Below the pieces are notes generated by a model, which had not been told where the DNA came from, did no database searches, and saw only the letters and a list, made by a program, of their open reading frames with translations. This document shows positions 38,542 through 47,922 of a DNA stretch of 64,000 nucleotides, in pieces. Where the stretch lies: positions 5,429 to 69,428 of the forward strand of contig JAJFLO010000068.1 in NCBI GenBank assembly GCA_021772675.1. Direction: 5' to 3'. Position 1 is the stretch's first letter. Each line of letters starts with the position of its first letter. Made by a program: the position numbers and the translations under genes. The stretch is from Verrucomicrobiota bacterium (GTDB taxonomy: Bacteria > Verrucomicrobiota > Lentisphaeria > JABSQK01 > JAJFLO01).

Positions 38542-41500
38542 TTAATTACCGTTGGCATCGCCAAGGAACATGACAGCAGTCTCATAATCTTGAACCGCAT
38601 CGTTTCGATTATTCATGACAGCCTCAATCATCTCATGAACAATTGTAGACACAAAACGATTTGCCACTTTTTCGCCATTTACTGCAGAGTCATAAGTAGT
38701 TCGTTTCTCTTTCAGTTCTTTTTCCGCTGCTGCTTTCTCATTTTTCTTATCCACTAGCATTTCTTCAGCAGTTTCCAGTTTTTTCTTTGCCTGCTGTTCT
38801 TCTTCGTGCGCCATTTTTAAAATATCTTGAACAGTATCAACAGACTGCTCGGTAACCGGGAGGGGTTCTTTGGCTTTCGCTAAATTATTTTGGGCAGTTG
38901 TATAATTTTCTTTCTCTTTCTCAACTTTTTTTTCAGCTGCCGTCAATTCTCCCTTTATTTTCTTAAGTTTATCATCAGCAGTTTTAAGATTTTGTTTGTC
39001 TGCTTTTGTCAGATACAAGTCTCTAATTCCCTGAATAAGCTGATTGTGAAAGCGTCGGCTACCGTGAAGAACACCAATAATCAATTCACCAGTAGTATGA
39101 TAATCCAGTTTTTTGTTCCGTTCGATCTCCTTCAAATTCATTTCTAATAATTCTATTGGTTCCTTTAAATAAAGCTTTGTAGCATCATCTCGTTTTATTT
39201 TCAACTCATTTATTTTTTGTTTTAAGAACTCATTTGTCATCCACGCATCTTCAAGTCGTTTTGGTAGCGATTCACCTAATAGTTCAACAACCAATTTCCC
39301 ATCTTTAGCGGTTTGTGTATTATATGCGATTTCATATTTTAGTAGAAGAGATTCAAGTTGTCCTTTTGAGGACTGACCATTATCCGATTCGCCATTGGCA
39401 CCTTCTTTCTGAGCCTCCAATATCCGGCGATTCAGATTTATTCCCATTTTTCCACTTAATCCCAACAGAGCAAGATTTTTCGCTGATTCGATAATCGGTT
39501 TCGGATCGGCGCTGTACGATTTTACATACCAGTTACCAATATCATCTTTAGCAACGACATAATTGGTTTTGCCGCCACCGGCAACGCGCACTCGATTCAC
39601 GTTCTGCCAAAACTGTTTATCGATGTCCGTATTAATGAGGTTACTGGTATTTTTATTCGGATTTAACAGTCCATGCCACCGTGCAGCAAAAGGTAGACTC
39701 CTCGCTCCCTGTTGACCGAGCATATTGTCCCAGGACAAGTTTGGATCGGATTGCAATGACGTCGAGGGATAACTGGTTCTTAAATATGACGAGGCTGGAC
39801 GTATATGAACCATATTCGCTCGATGTGCATAAGCCGCGTTGAGTGCAGCCGCTATATGCTTAGCACGTCCTTCCTTTGCTCCACTTTCCCGAACTGCCTG
39901 GACATGCTCATAGCGAAGAGCAGCAATCAAGGCATCCGTGACATCTTTCGCATTATGGTCATCCTCTTTTAATCCGAAATTAGCCAGATCAATCGGATCA
40001 GTAGGGGCTTCGCGACCTTCTAAAGAAATGGCAGCATCACCATAGATTTTTATTGTTTTGTCGGCAGATTCCATTTCTGCTTTTGTTTTTGATTTTTCCG
40101 CTTCCGCTTTCGATTTTTCTGTGGCATCATTATTTCGAATCGCAACTACCAATCTTGCCTCTGCCTTAATTTTTTCACTTTCCGCTTCACTTTTCTCACG
40201 TTCTGCTTTTGTTTTGCGCTCATTGATCAGTCTGCGAATCCGTGAATATACATCGCTGGGTATACCACCGGCATCCGTGGTATCGATCTCCTCCAATAAA
40301 TCATATTGTATATTCTGAACTGCTTTTACTGCATTCACTTTTTTCGCTTTTTCCCCAATAGACGTATTTAATTTTTCTTGTGCATTTTTTAAATTTGCAT
40401 CAGCTATTGATTTCTCAGATTTCTTTACCTCCAATGTTTCTAACGCCCGGCCCAAATCCGTCTTTTCTTCAATCAAATTATCAGCAAGTGGTTTGATTTT
40501 ATTTTCAACTTTGCCAAAACTTCGTTGCAATCGTTTAATAATGCTGTCAATCGCCGTGTCAGAATCCATTTTTATATTATCATTTAACGATTTAGTTATT
40601 ACCATTAAGTTTAAATAATCGATGGCATCCGGAATATTTTCCAGATCAGGTAATCCACTTGAGTTTAATCGAGGTTCCAGTAAATCCTTCATTTTTCCAG
40701 CGATTTTACGTTCAGTATAGGTTATTATTTCCGTTTGTGCGTCTTCATCGTCGCTGTTGTTAACCAATGCTGCGTCATCTTCTCGGATTCGTTTTTTTAA
40801 CTCATGCACGATTTCTTCAATGAAATACGACTTAGCATTAATAATAATTTTGTGTTTTGACTTTAACCCTTTTAACTGTTTTTCTAAGTCGTCAACTTCT
40901 GCTTTGGCTTTTATCACGTTTTTCTCAGCGTCAACTTTGGCTTTCTGTGCAACCGCCTTTGCCTCTTCCATTTTTTTCTTATCTACAGTCAATTTTTCCG
41001 CTTTTTCATTCGCATCAGTCACATCTTGTTCTAACGACTTAATAAGATTGTCAAGAGTAATTTTGGGATCAATTTTTAGCGATCGCTTCAACGCTTCTAA
41101 TTCCGTCGCATAGTGATCCTTGAGCTGTTTTTTGTATCCTTTGACAGTTATTAATTCGTTTGCCTGTGTCAAAATAGAATTGCCAACAGCTTGGAGTACT
41201 CGAATATACGAATCTTCATTACCAGGTGGAGTTGACTTACCGAATAATAAACTAAGACTGGAATCCAAAGTTTTACCTACGATTCCGCGAGCACTTAAAT
41301 TCATCACATCGCAGACTGCTCCATTCTCATTGGTGCCTTTTTCATTGGTGCCTTTTTCATTGCCCAACAGTCCGCGGCGAGTTATATCTACTGTATTGTC
41401 CAATAGTCCTTTTTCTTCCAGAGGCGAAATAAGCGTCGTATAATTGGCAATTGGCAGAAGCTTTGATGCAAACCGAATTAATGCATTGATTAATTGCTCT

Positions 41501-43266
41501 TGTTTAATATGAATGGAATCTCTATTCTGATAGGAACTATTTAGATAGCTTTCAATTAGTGTTTCCAGACCTAGATCAAGCCGTCCCCTTTCCAATCCAT
41601 GTTTGAAACCAGACAAGGTATTGCTAGCTTGGCTTACGACTTTAGCTGCATCAAATTCTGCACTAGGTCCTACTGAAATACCAAATGCTCGTTTAATTGC
41701 TGAAGTAAAACTTTGACCGAGACCGGCATTCTGAATTATATTAGCATTATTTAAAAGGTGGTTAGATTTAAAAAACGAATGGGCGGATTGAAGAGCAATG
41801 GCCGTCTCATATGGACGTTGAATAATTTCATGGATCACCGCATCTCTATATACATTAAATATAGGACTATCCGTATCCCATTTTCCACTGGCATCTCTAA
41901 TCGGTTTGGTTTGAACAATAAAAAATCCATCTATTGGAATACTTTTCTGTAAATTTCTACTTAAATTCACTAATTCCTTAGGAACATTTCGGCTATGTGT
42001 TTCAGCAACGGATAACACTGTAGCTAGATCGCGGAGATTAATTATTTCTACAACAAATTCTGCGGGATGTTGAAACACACGCTTCATTACCTCTGAGTTT
42101 GCCTTTTCTCTGTAGTTGAGGCCAGTTTTTTCGATGCCAACTAACGTTGCCTCCAACAAATTTTCGATGGATTGGCGACTTTTCATGAATGAAAAGGCAA
42201 TCTCGATGACCCGTTGTTCAAAATGTTTCCTTTCTTTTTGAATATTTGAATTTTTTTTACAATTGAAGAGATATTTCGTATGATTCTCGACAATGGAAGA
42301 ATCAGTCAATGCCTTGAAAAAAGCATTCGCACTTCTGTCTATTTGATTGTCATTGAATGTGCCAAATACATTTTGGGGGGCGAGAATATTGTCTTTATTT
42401 AGATATATCATTTCTTGAGCTTCAATAATCTTTGAATCATAACGAAAACCATCTCTATTGGTGAAAAAATTGCGATAACCAATAAACAACTGTGCTTTAA
42501 CTATCTGTTGAATTAATTGGTCGATCTCTATCTGAGCGTTGTTTCCTTCAGATTCTTTTTCCATTGCATTGCCATGTTTTTCTTTCCCTTTTCCAATCCC
42601 TTCGACTTCTAACTTTTTAGCCTCTAGCATTAGAGATTTGGCGGCCTTAGATAAATTGTTTCTATAATGTTTCTTTATTTTTAATTCTTGCTTCCAAAGC
42701 TTAATATTTTCCTCAACTGGTTCATTGATAAAATAATCACTACACATACTATTTTTAAATGAATTAAATTCTCGCTCTCCTTCTTCTGATGATGGTTCTC
42801 CAAAGATTCGCCATTCTTGTCTAAAATTGTACAATGCTTGACGACCATCATCAATAACTTGTGTCAATCGGGTGGATTTGTCCTCATAAAGATATAAAAC
42901 CGAATTCATTCTATTTGCATTTTCATCATAAAAATAACTTTGCCCATCAATGGTAGGTATATGGCGAGCTTTATATCGATCTCTATCTTTCTTAATGTCT
43001 ACAAATGGAACCATGGAACCGCTATTTTTTAACTCTTTTCTTTTTTCAATTTCTAATTCATCACGGACTTGAATTAGCAATGGTTTCGCCCCAATAGCCA
43101 TAACCGCCATTTGTTCAATCTGTACGTCTTCATGATTTGCCAAACTTCCTTTATAAACATCGACATCAACGGTTAATACAGCACATCCTACCCCCATAAG
43201 ACATGATCCTGTTATCGTAATGATGCTTAGTCTTTTTATGATATTTTTTCCTAAAAAATTAGTCAT
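38542..43266 (-). CDS. Giant coiled-coil putative lipoprotein (~1574 aa)
   Basis: RBS GGAGG before Met 43266; signal peptide ending GVGC (lipobox-like); several K/E/A-rich coiled-coil tracts. Confidence 0.8.
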   Translation of the reverse strand: MTNFLGKNIIKRLSIITITGSCLMGVGCAVLTVDVDVYKGSLANHEDVQIEQMAVMAIGAKPLLIQVRDELEIEKRKELKNSGSMVPFVDIKKDRDRYKARHIPTIDGQSYFYDENANRMNSVLYLYEDKSTRLTQVIDDGRQALYNFRQEWRIFGEPSSEEGEREFNSFKNSMCSDYFINEPVEENIKLWKQELKIKKHYRNNLSKAAKSLMLEAKKLEVEGIGKGKEKHGNAMEKESEGNNAQIEIDQLIQQIVKAQLFIGYRNFFTNRDGFRYDSKIIEAQEMIYLNKDNILAPQNVFGTFNDNQIDRSANAFFKALTDSSIVENHTKYLFNCKKNSNIQKERKHFEQRVIEIAFSFMKSRQSIENLLEATLVGIEKTGLNYREKANSEVMKRVFQHPAEFVVEIINLRDLATVLSVAETHSRNVPKELVNLSRNLQKSIPIDGFFIVQTKPIRDASGKWDTDSPIFNVYRDAVIHEIIQRPYETAIALQSAHSFFKSNHLLNNANIIQNAGLGQSFTSAIKRAFGISVGPSAEFDAAKVVSQASNTLSGFKHGLERGRLDLGLETLIESYLNSSYQNRDSIHIKQEQLINALIRFASKLLPIANYTTLISPLEEKGLLDNTVDITRRGLLGNEKGTNEKGTNENGAVCDVMNLSARGIVGKTLDSSLSLLFGKSTPPGNEDSYIRVLQAVGNSILTQANELITVKGYKKQLKDHYATELEALKRSLKIDPKITLDNLIKSLEQDVTDANEKAEKLTVDKKKMEEAKAVAQKAKVDAEKNVIKAKAEVDDLEKQLKGLKSKHKIIINAKSYFIEEIVHELKKRIREDDAALVNNSDDEDAQTEIITYTERKIAGKMKDLLEPRLNSSGLPDLENIPDAIDYLNLMVITKSLNDNIKMDSDTAIDSIIKRLQRSFGKVENKIKPLADNLIEEKTDLGRALETLEVKKSEKSIADANLKNAQEKLNTSIGEKAKKVNAVKAVQNIQYDLLEEIDTTDAGGIPSDVYSRIRRLINERKTKAEREKSEAESEKIKAEARLVVAIRNNDATEKSKAEAEKSKTKAEMESADKTIKIYGDAAISLEGREAPTDPIDLANFGLKEDDHNAKDVTDALIAALRYEHVQAVRESGAKEGRAKHIAAALNAAYAHRANMVHIRPASSYLRTSYPSTSLQSDPNLSWDNMLGQQGARSLPFAARWHGLLNPNKNTSNLINTDIDKQFWQNVNRVRVAGGGKTNYVVAKDDIGNWYVKSYSADPKPIIESAKNLALLGLSGKMGINLNRRILEAQKEGANGESDNGQSSKGQLESLLLKYEIAYNTQTAKDGKLVVELLGESLPKRLEDAWMTNEFLKQKINELKIKRDDATKLYLKEPIELLEMNLKEIERNKKLDYHTTGELIIGVLHGSRRFHNQLIQGIRDLYLTKADKQNLKTADDKLKKIKGELTAAEKKVEKEKENYTTAQNNLAKAKEPLPVTEQSVDTVQDILKMAHEEEQQAKKKLETAEEMLVDKKNEKAAAEKELKEKRTTYDSAVNGEKVANRFVSTIVHEMIEAVMNNRNDAVQDYETAVMFLGDANGN

Positions 43267-43978
43267 TGTCCACCTCCCGGGAATTTGGAATATCAGCTTG
43301 TACATCTTTAGCAAACTCATTAAGCCGCTTTCGTTCATTCGTAATGTTCGATAATGCCTTAAATAACAGTGTATTGAGTCTGGAACTATTTTGTTCGCTT
43401 ATGGCTTTAGAAATAGTTCCAATCGACGTATCGATTGCATTAAAAAAGTCTTCGGGACTTGATCCCATTAATATTACCAATCGATGATCCTTTGGTGCTT
43501 CCCGGAAGCCCTCTGGACCGAAAATCATGAGCCGACGTCCAGTAGGAATCGCGCCGGCCACCTCACCTTCGGCCCTTGTTATCGACACGTTACCTGAACC
43601 GTCCTTAAATCCAACTTGTGAACCAAGTGTATCGATCAAATCCGCACGTACCCACCCCGAGGCAAACTTTTTGAAACTCAGGAAACTGGCCTGTCCCCGA
43701 ACCCGAACCCGATAAATCGTATCCGGTATTTGTTCCTGAGGATCGAATACGCCAAGATAGTAAACCTGCTCAATTTCATTATTTGGTGAGTAGGATCCGT
43801 AGACCGTCGCTGCGGCAATCCCAAGAGCTAAATTTTGTTCAGGTGTGGAACACCCTATCAGGAATAAGATATTCAGCAGTGCGGCAGTATAGATAATCGT
43901 TTTTGTTAATGTAAATTCTCGAATTCGTTCAACGAATCTGTCAGGATTGAAAGGAATATTAATATTTTTTACAATCAT
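43259..43978 (-). CDS. Putative lipoprotein (~239 aa)
   Basis: RBS GGAG before Met 43978; hydrophobic stretch ending LIGC; stop overlaps next start. Confidence 0.75.
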   Translation of the reverse strand: MIVKNINIPFNPDRFVERIREFTLTKTIIYTAALLNILFLIGCSTPEQNLALGIAAATVYGSYSPNNEIEQVYYLGVFDPQEQIPDTIYRVRVRGQASFLSFKKFASGWVRADLIDTLGSQVGFKDGSGNVSITRAEGEVAGAIPTGRRLMIFGPEGFREAPKDHRLVILMGSSPEDFFNAIDTSIGTISKAISEQNSSRLNTLLFKALSNITNERKRLNEFAKDVQADIPNSREVDND

Positions 43979-44270
43979 TTTAACAATCTCCGCTAGGTGT
44001 TCAGTTTTTTTGTAAATGAGTATATCCAGACATGAAAGAAGGCATCGGAGGCGCCCCACGCTTATGCGTCTAATTACTATCCCACAATTAGTCACTGAGG
44101 CAATTTTACCGCATTGAGACATGGTGTCAAGGAAATAAAAAAATAAAATGAATTTTATTCAGAGAAAATTAATCTTTTTTACTTTAGTGACAAAAAAATG
44201 GAGCGCTAACGTTAATTCGCATTGCTCATAACGACGTTGATGCGAAAAGCGGGTTAAGACTTGCCGAAGG

Positions 44271-44439
44271 CTTTAGAGTGCATGCGGCCTGACGCCGCTT
44301 TGGATTCCCCCGGAGTGGAGGAGGGCCCGGACTACAGTTGTTCCTTTACTTGACCATGCGGAGTTTTGCTTGAAAATACCCTCCCCCATTTTCGCTCCGC
44401 GAAGTTTCAAAGCGGCGTCAGGCCGCACGCACTCCAAAG
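44271..44439. repeat. REP doublet, TTTGGAGTGC class
   Basis: CTTTAGAGTGCATGCGGCCTGACGCCGCTTTG / CAAAGCGGCGTCAGGCCGCACGCACTCCAAAG. Confidence 0.85.
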
Positions 44440-44624
44440 ATTTGCGTTGCAAATCAGGCGCCCCTCGAAAATTCAACTTAACGGCCAACAGATACAGTTC
44501 ATATCTTAACCTGAAAACACAGTTTACTGAATCGATACAACTGCTACGTAAAGAAAAATCTGCATACAATTTTCAACATATTGATTATAAGAATTTTACA
44601 GATTTCCGAGAAGTTCCTTATTAA

Positions 44625-45533
44625 TTATAGATTTGCTATCGTTAGCATACCATTTTTTTCTTTCGCAAACAGCCTGGCAGCCGCTCCAATTGGCAGCACA
44701 ACCCGATTGGTATCGTGTCCATACTCCAATCCAGATAAAACTGGACCATTTACATATTCAGCGACTTCTCGATATAAAGGTTCCAAATCGCCATGACTTT
44801 TACTTTCCGGAGTACAGTTATTGAAGTGACCAAAAACCAAACCTCTAATCTTGTCAAAGATCCCGGAAAGCCGCATTTGTGTTAGCATCCGATCAATTCT
44901 ATATGGCTCTTCATTGACATCTTCAATCACAAGGATTGCCTGATCAAGTATTGGCATGTATTCGGTACCAATCAAAGAAGTAATTATAGATAGGCAGCCT
45001 GCAATTAAAGTGCCATTTGCAACACCTGGTTTTATGATATTGAGATTCTCTACCTGATTAAAATTCCCATGGCAGCACAGATCCCAAAAGTAGTTATGAG
45101 TCAGTTCACTGAATCCATCCTGAGTGCAATCCGCACAAAGTGTTATACCTGAAAATGTAACCAAATTTATTTTAGAGTATATTGCTAATTGCAATGCTGT
45201 GGTATCACTAAATCCGGAGAATATTTTTGGATTATTCTTTAAGAGTTGGTAGTCTACGTTTTTGAGTAGTCGTGTTGATCCATACCCTCCTCGTGCAACA
45301 AATATGGCCGATATTTCCGGATCAGAAAACATGGTATGCAAGTCGTTTAGACGATCGCTGTCGTGACCAGCAAGGTATCTGTTTTTTTTATAGACAGACT
45401 CCCCGAGTTTTACCCGATAACCAAGCTTCTTTAGATAGTCAATTGCAGGCTGCAGCCGGTCCGAACTCACAACTCCCGAAGGTGCGATGATTCCGATTCC
45501 ATCTCCCGATTTCAATAATGCAGGACGTAGCAT
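44625..45533 (-). CDS. LD-carboxypeptidase (peptidase S66)
   Basis: IGIIAPS, ARGGYG, GFSDTTAL (Ser), IEDVNE (Glu), YGH (His). Confidence 0.92.
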   Translation of the reverse strand: MLRPALLKSGDGIGIIAPSGVVSSDRLQPAIDYLKKLGYRVKLGESVYKKNRYLAGHDSDRLNDLHTMFSDPEISAIFVARGGYGSTRLLKNVDYQLLKNNPKIFSGFSDTTALQLAIYSKINLVTFSGITLCADCTQDGFSELTHNYFWDLCCHGNFNQVENLNIIKPGVANGTLIAGCLSIITSLIGTEYMPILDQAILVIEDVNEEPYRIDRMLTQMRLSGIFDKIRGLVFGHFNNCTPESKSHGDLEPLYREVAEYVNGPVLSGLEYGHDTNRVVLPIGAAARLFAKEKNGMLTIANL

Positions 45534-45796
45534 AATGTTTACCGAATATTTATTGATTTAACTGAGTAATAGCGGCTGAAGCTCGCTTAAAACTTCCGCC
45601 TGAAGACGGAACTACAAACGTCGGCATCCATGACTCATCCATAAATTTAAAACACGGAATCTGTACGAAAATTTCATGCAGTTTCCCTAAATTTTATATT
45701 AGAAAAACGTTCGTTCGTCCATAATTGCTGGTGGTATTGACTTCTTTTCAGGTAATTTACAAAAAATTAAATCATAGTATTTTGCGAGTAATTATG

Positions 45797-45938
45797 GAGT
45801 CTGTATTCAAAATGTGAGTGGCAAATAGTAAATCGGCCATTCCTGGCTGAATCATATGAGCGCAGTCAGGAATGACTGTGTTACTTTGACCTCAACCTAA
45901 AGCCTTCCCGGAACCACTCACATTTTGAATACAGACTC
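45797..45938. mobile_element. MITE with GAGTCTGTATTCAAAATGTGAG TIRs and TAATTATG target duplication
   Basis: Perfect TIRs; TAATTATG at 45789-45796 and 45939-45946. Confidence 0.88.
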
Positions 45939-46156
45939 TAATTATGGGTGAACTCCAACACGTGCTTCGACATATATATTGCTTTATCCAAAATACCCAG
46001 GATTATACGAATTGTTATGTGACTTTATTAATTAAACGTTCACCCCTAATTGCTGGGATTTTGCACTTGAAATGCGTTGAAAACATGAGTTCCCAATCAG
46101 CATAGAATCCATGCGAGAGCCTGTCAATCAAAATCAAATAAAATGGTCGGATTCAA

Positions 46157-46549
46157 CCCGCATTTCTCACAGAAAATCGTTATGAAACGATGTATCAGTT
46201 TGAAGTTGCTGAAGATGCGACGGGTAAATTCCACAGACGTACTCGCCAGTATGTCACGGATAATTGCCCGAGCATTTCTAACCCGGATTTCTCACAATAC
46301 TTCGATTACAAAAGCGCATAATACCGAGATTCAATGTCTTAACTTGACCCTCAAACTCAAATGTGTATCGACACACTGTGTCATTCTTTCGTCCAAGTTA
46401 AACCTCTGAATATAGGCAATCTATGCTTTTCCACCAGAAAGTTCGTGAGAAAACCAGGCTAACAAATACGGCCTGAGACGGAGTGCCAGCAGGTTTCTTG
46501 AGAAATGCGGACTAAGTCCTCTCATTACGAAGTTGGTGAGAAAAACGGG
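46157..46549. mobile_element. Nested CCCG(C/G)ATTTCTCA-ended MITEs
   Basis: Inner 46282-46458 flanked by CTAA on both sides; outer 46157-46511; extra right end at 46549. Confidence 0.75.
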
Positions 46550-46678
46550 CTAGTGGAGAAATCATTTAATTTTACATCATTGCTCGCATTGGCATCCAAT
46601 TGAAAAGTAGCAAACTATCATAACACTTCATTGTCAAATTGAACATACCTTCGCGCAATGGTCTCAAAGTAATTCGAA

Positions 46679-47815
46679 TTATTTAGAAGACATAATATTA
46701 AATACCAACAATCGATTCGATTCGGGAACAATCAAGAGTAGATATGTCTGATCATCACATACGATAACACCGAAGCTATTACCGAATGCTGGGGCTTGGA
46801 CCGAAATCTTGAAATCTAAAATTTCCTGAGCCCCTGAATGCCGGTTGAATACCTTAATCGATTGATAATCGTTTCCAAGAGTAATTATTTTATCGTGATA
46901 GGCGATGAGTGGTCCGCCTCCAGCACCAACCCAAATGGTTTTTCCATCTGAATCAAGGGCCTGAATTGTATCATTCTCGACAGCATAGAAATTCCCGTCT
47001 TCGTCAACGGCAAAATAGTTGATTCCCTTGCTAAATTTAGGGCTTATTTTTGCTGACTTGGTAAATTTTCCAATTTCCGGATCATAAACTTTTAAATGCC
47101 CATTATTCCCCATAAAAATGGTTTCTCTTTTTAAGGGTAAGTCAGTGCTTAAGATAGAATGACCAAATGAGAGTAGGTTTACATGATGATCAGAACCCCA
47201 TTCAATCTTATTTTTAAAAGGCAACTGTAGCAAAAAGGGTATATAAATATTGTGGTCAATATTTGAATTATTAATCCTGGGATTTTTTTGCTCCCAGACA
47301 AAGGTATAAGCATTCTCCATTGAATAATCATTATAGCTATTGGTATCAATTACTATGGGAAGAAACTTATTATCATTGTCTAAAAAACCCCATCCGATTT
47401 CCTGTAAATAGAAAAGTGAATCTGAATTACCGGAATAGAAAAAATCCAGGCTTTGGCAGTTGTTACATATTTCCTCTGAAAGATTTAATCGCCACCGTTC
47501 TGACGCACCCGTAAAATCAATCGCGTTGGGCAAAATGTTTAATAGTTTAAAACGTTTTGGGATTCTCTTTTTATGGGGTCTAATTTTTGAGGGAAAACTG
47601 AACCAATCGTCGTTTTTATTGGCATTCCTAACAGTATCGATTTTTTTTGCAAGTGGATTTAGCAGTAGTGGATCACCTAAGCGTTGCTGATGAACAAGTG
47701 CTAATGAAATATCATCTCCCTGAACTGACATATTTACCATCAGCAATAAAAACATAACATTAGGTTGAAACAAATTCACAGGTATTAAATTTCGTAATTG
47801 GAAATAATTTTGCAT
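46679..47815 (-). CDS. Hypothetical exported protein, C-terminal beta-propeller-like repeats
   Basis: 378 aa; FAVDEDGNFY, ALDSDGKTIW blade-like segments. Confidence 0.6.
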   Translation of the reverse strand: MQNYFQLRNLIPVNLFQPNVMFLLLMVNMSVQGDDISLALVHQQRLGDPLLLNPLAKKIDTVRNANKNDDWFSFPSKIRPHKKRIPKRFKLLNILPNAIDFTGASERWRLNLSEEICNNCQSLDFFYSGNSDSLFYLQEIGWGFLDNDNKFLPIVIDTNSYNDYSMENAYTFVWEQKNPRINNSNIDHNIYIPFLLQLPFKNKIEWGSDHHVNLLSFGHSILSTDLPLKRETIFMGNNGHLKVYDPEIGKFTKSAKISPKFSKGINYFAVDEDGNFYAVENDTIQALDSDGKTIWVGAGGGPLIAYHDKIITLGNDYQSIKVFNRHSGAQEILDFKISVQAPAFGNSFGVIVCDDQTYLLLIVPESNRLLVFNIMSSK

Positions 47816-47922
47816 GCAGTCCTAACCTGAACAATTCATAACTCATTGATATCACGCAATCTAATAACTCTCACTACAAAAGTTTATGAATTATTCAGGC
47901 CAATGTGCTAAAGATTGAAAAA

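Noticed and set aside
33866-43978. Prophage or tape-measure interpretation of the coiled-coil gene and DUF1353
   Set aside because: No capsid, terminase, tail or integrase genes; the large proteins have lipoprotein or membrane signals
44273-44624. ORFs 44273-44569 and 44370-44624
   Set aside because: Read through a REP palindrome; likely spurious
46143-46409. 88 aa ORF
   Set aside because: Lies within nested MITEs
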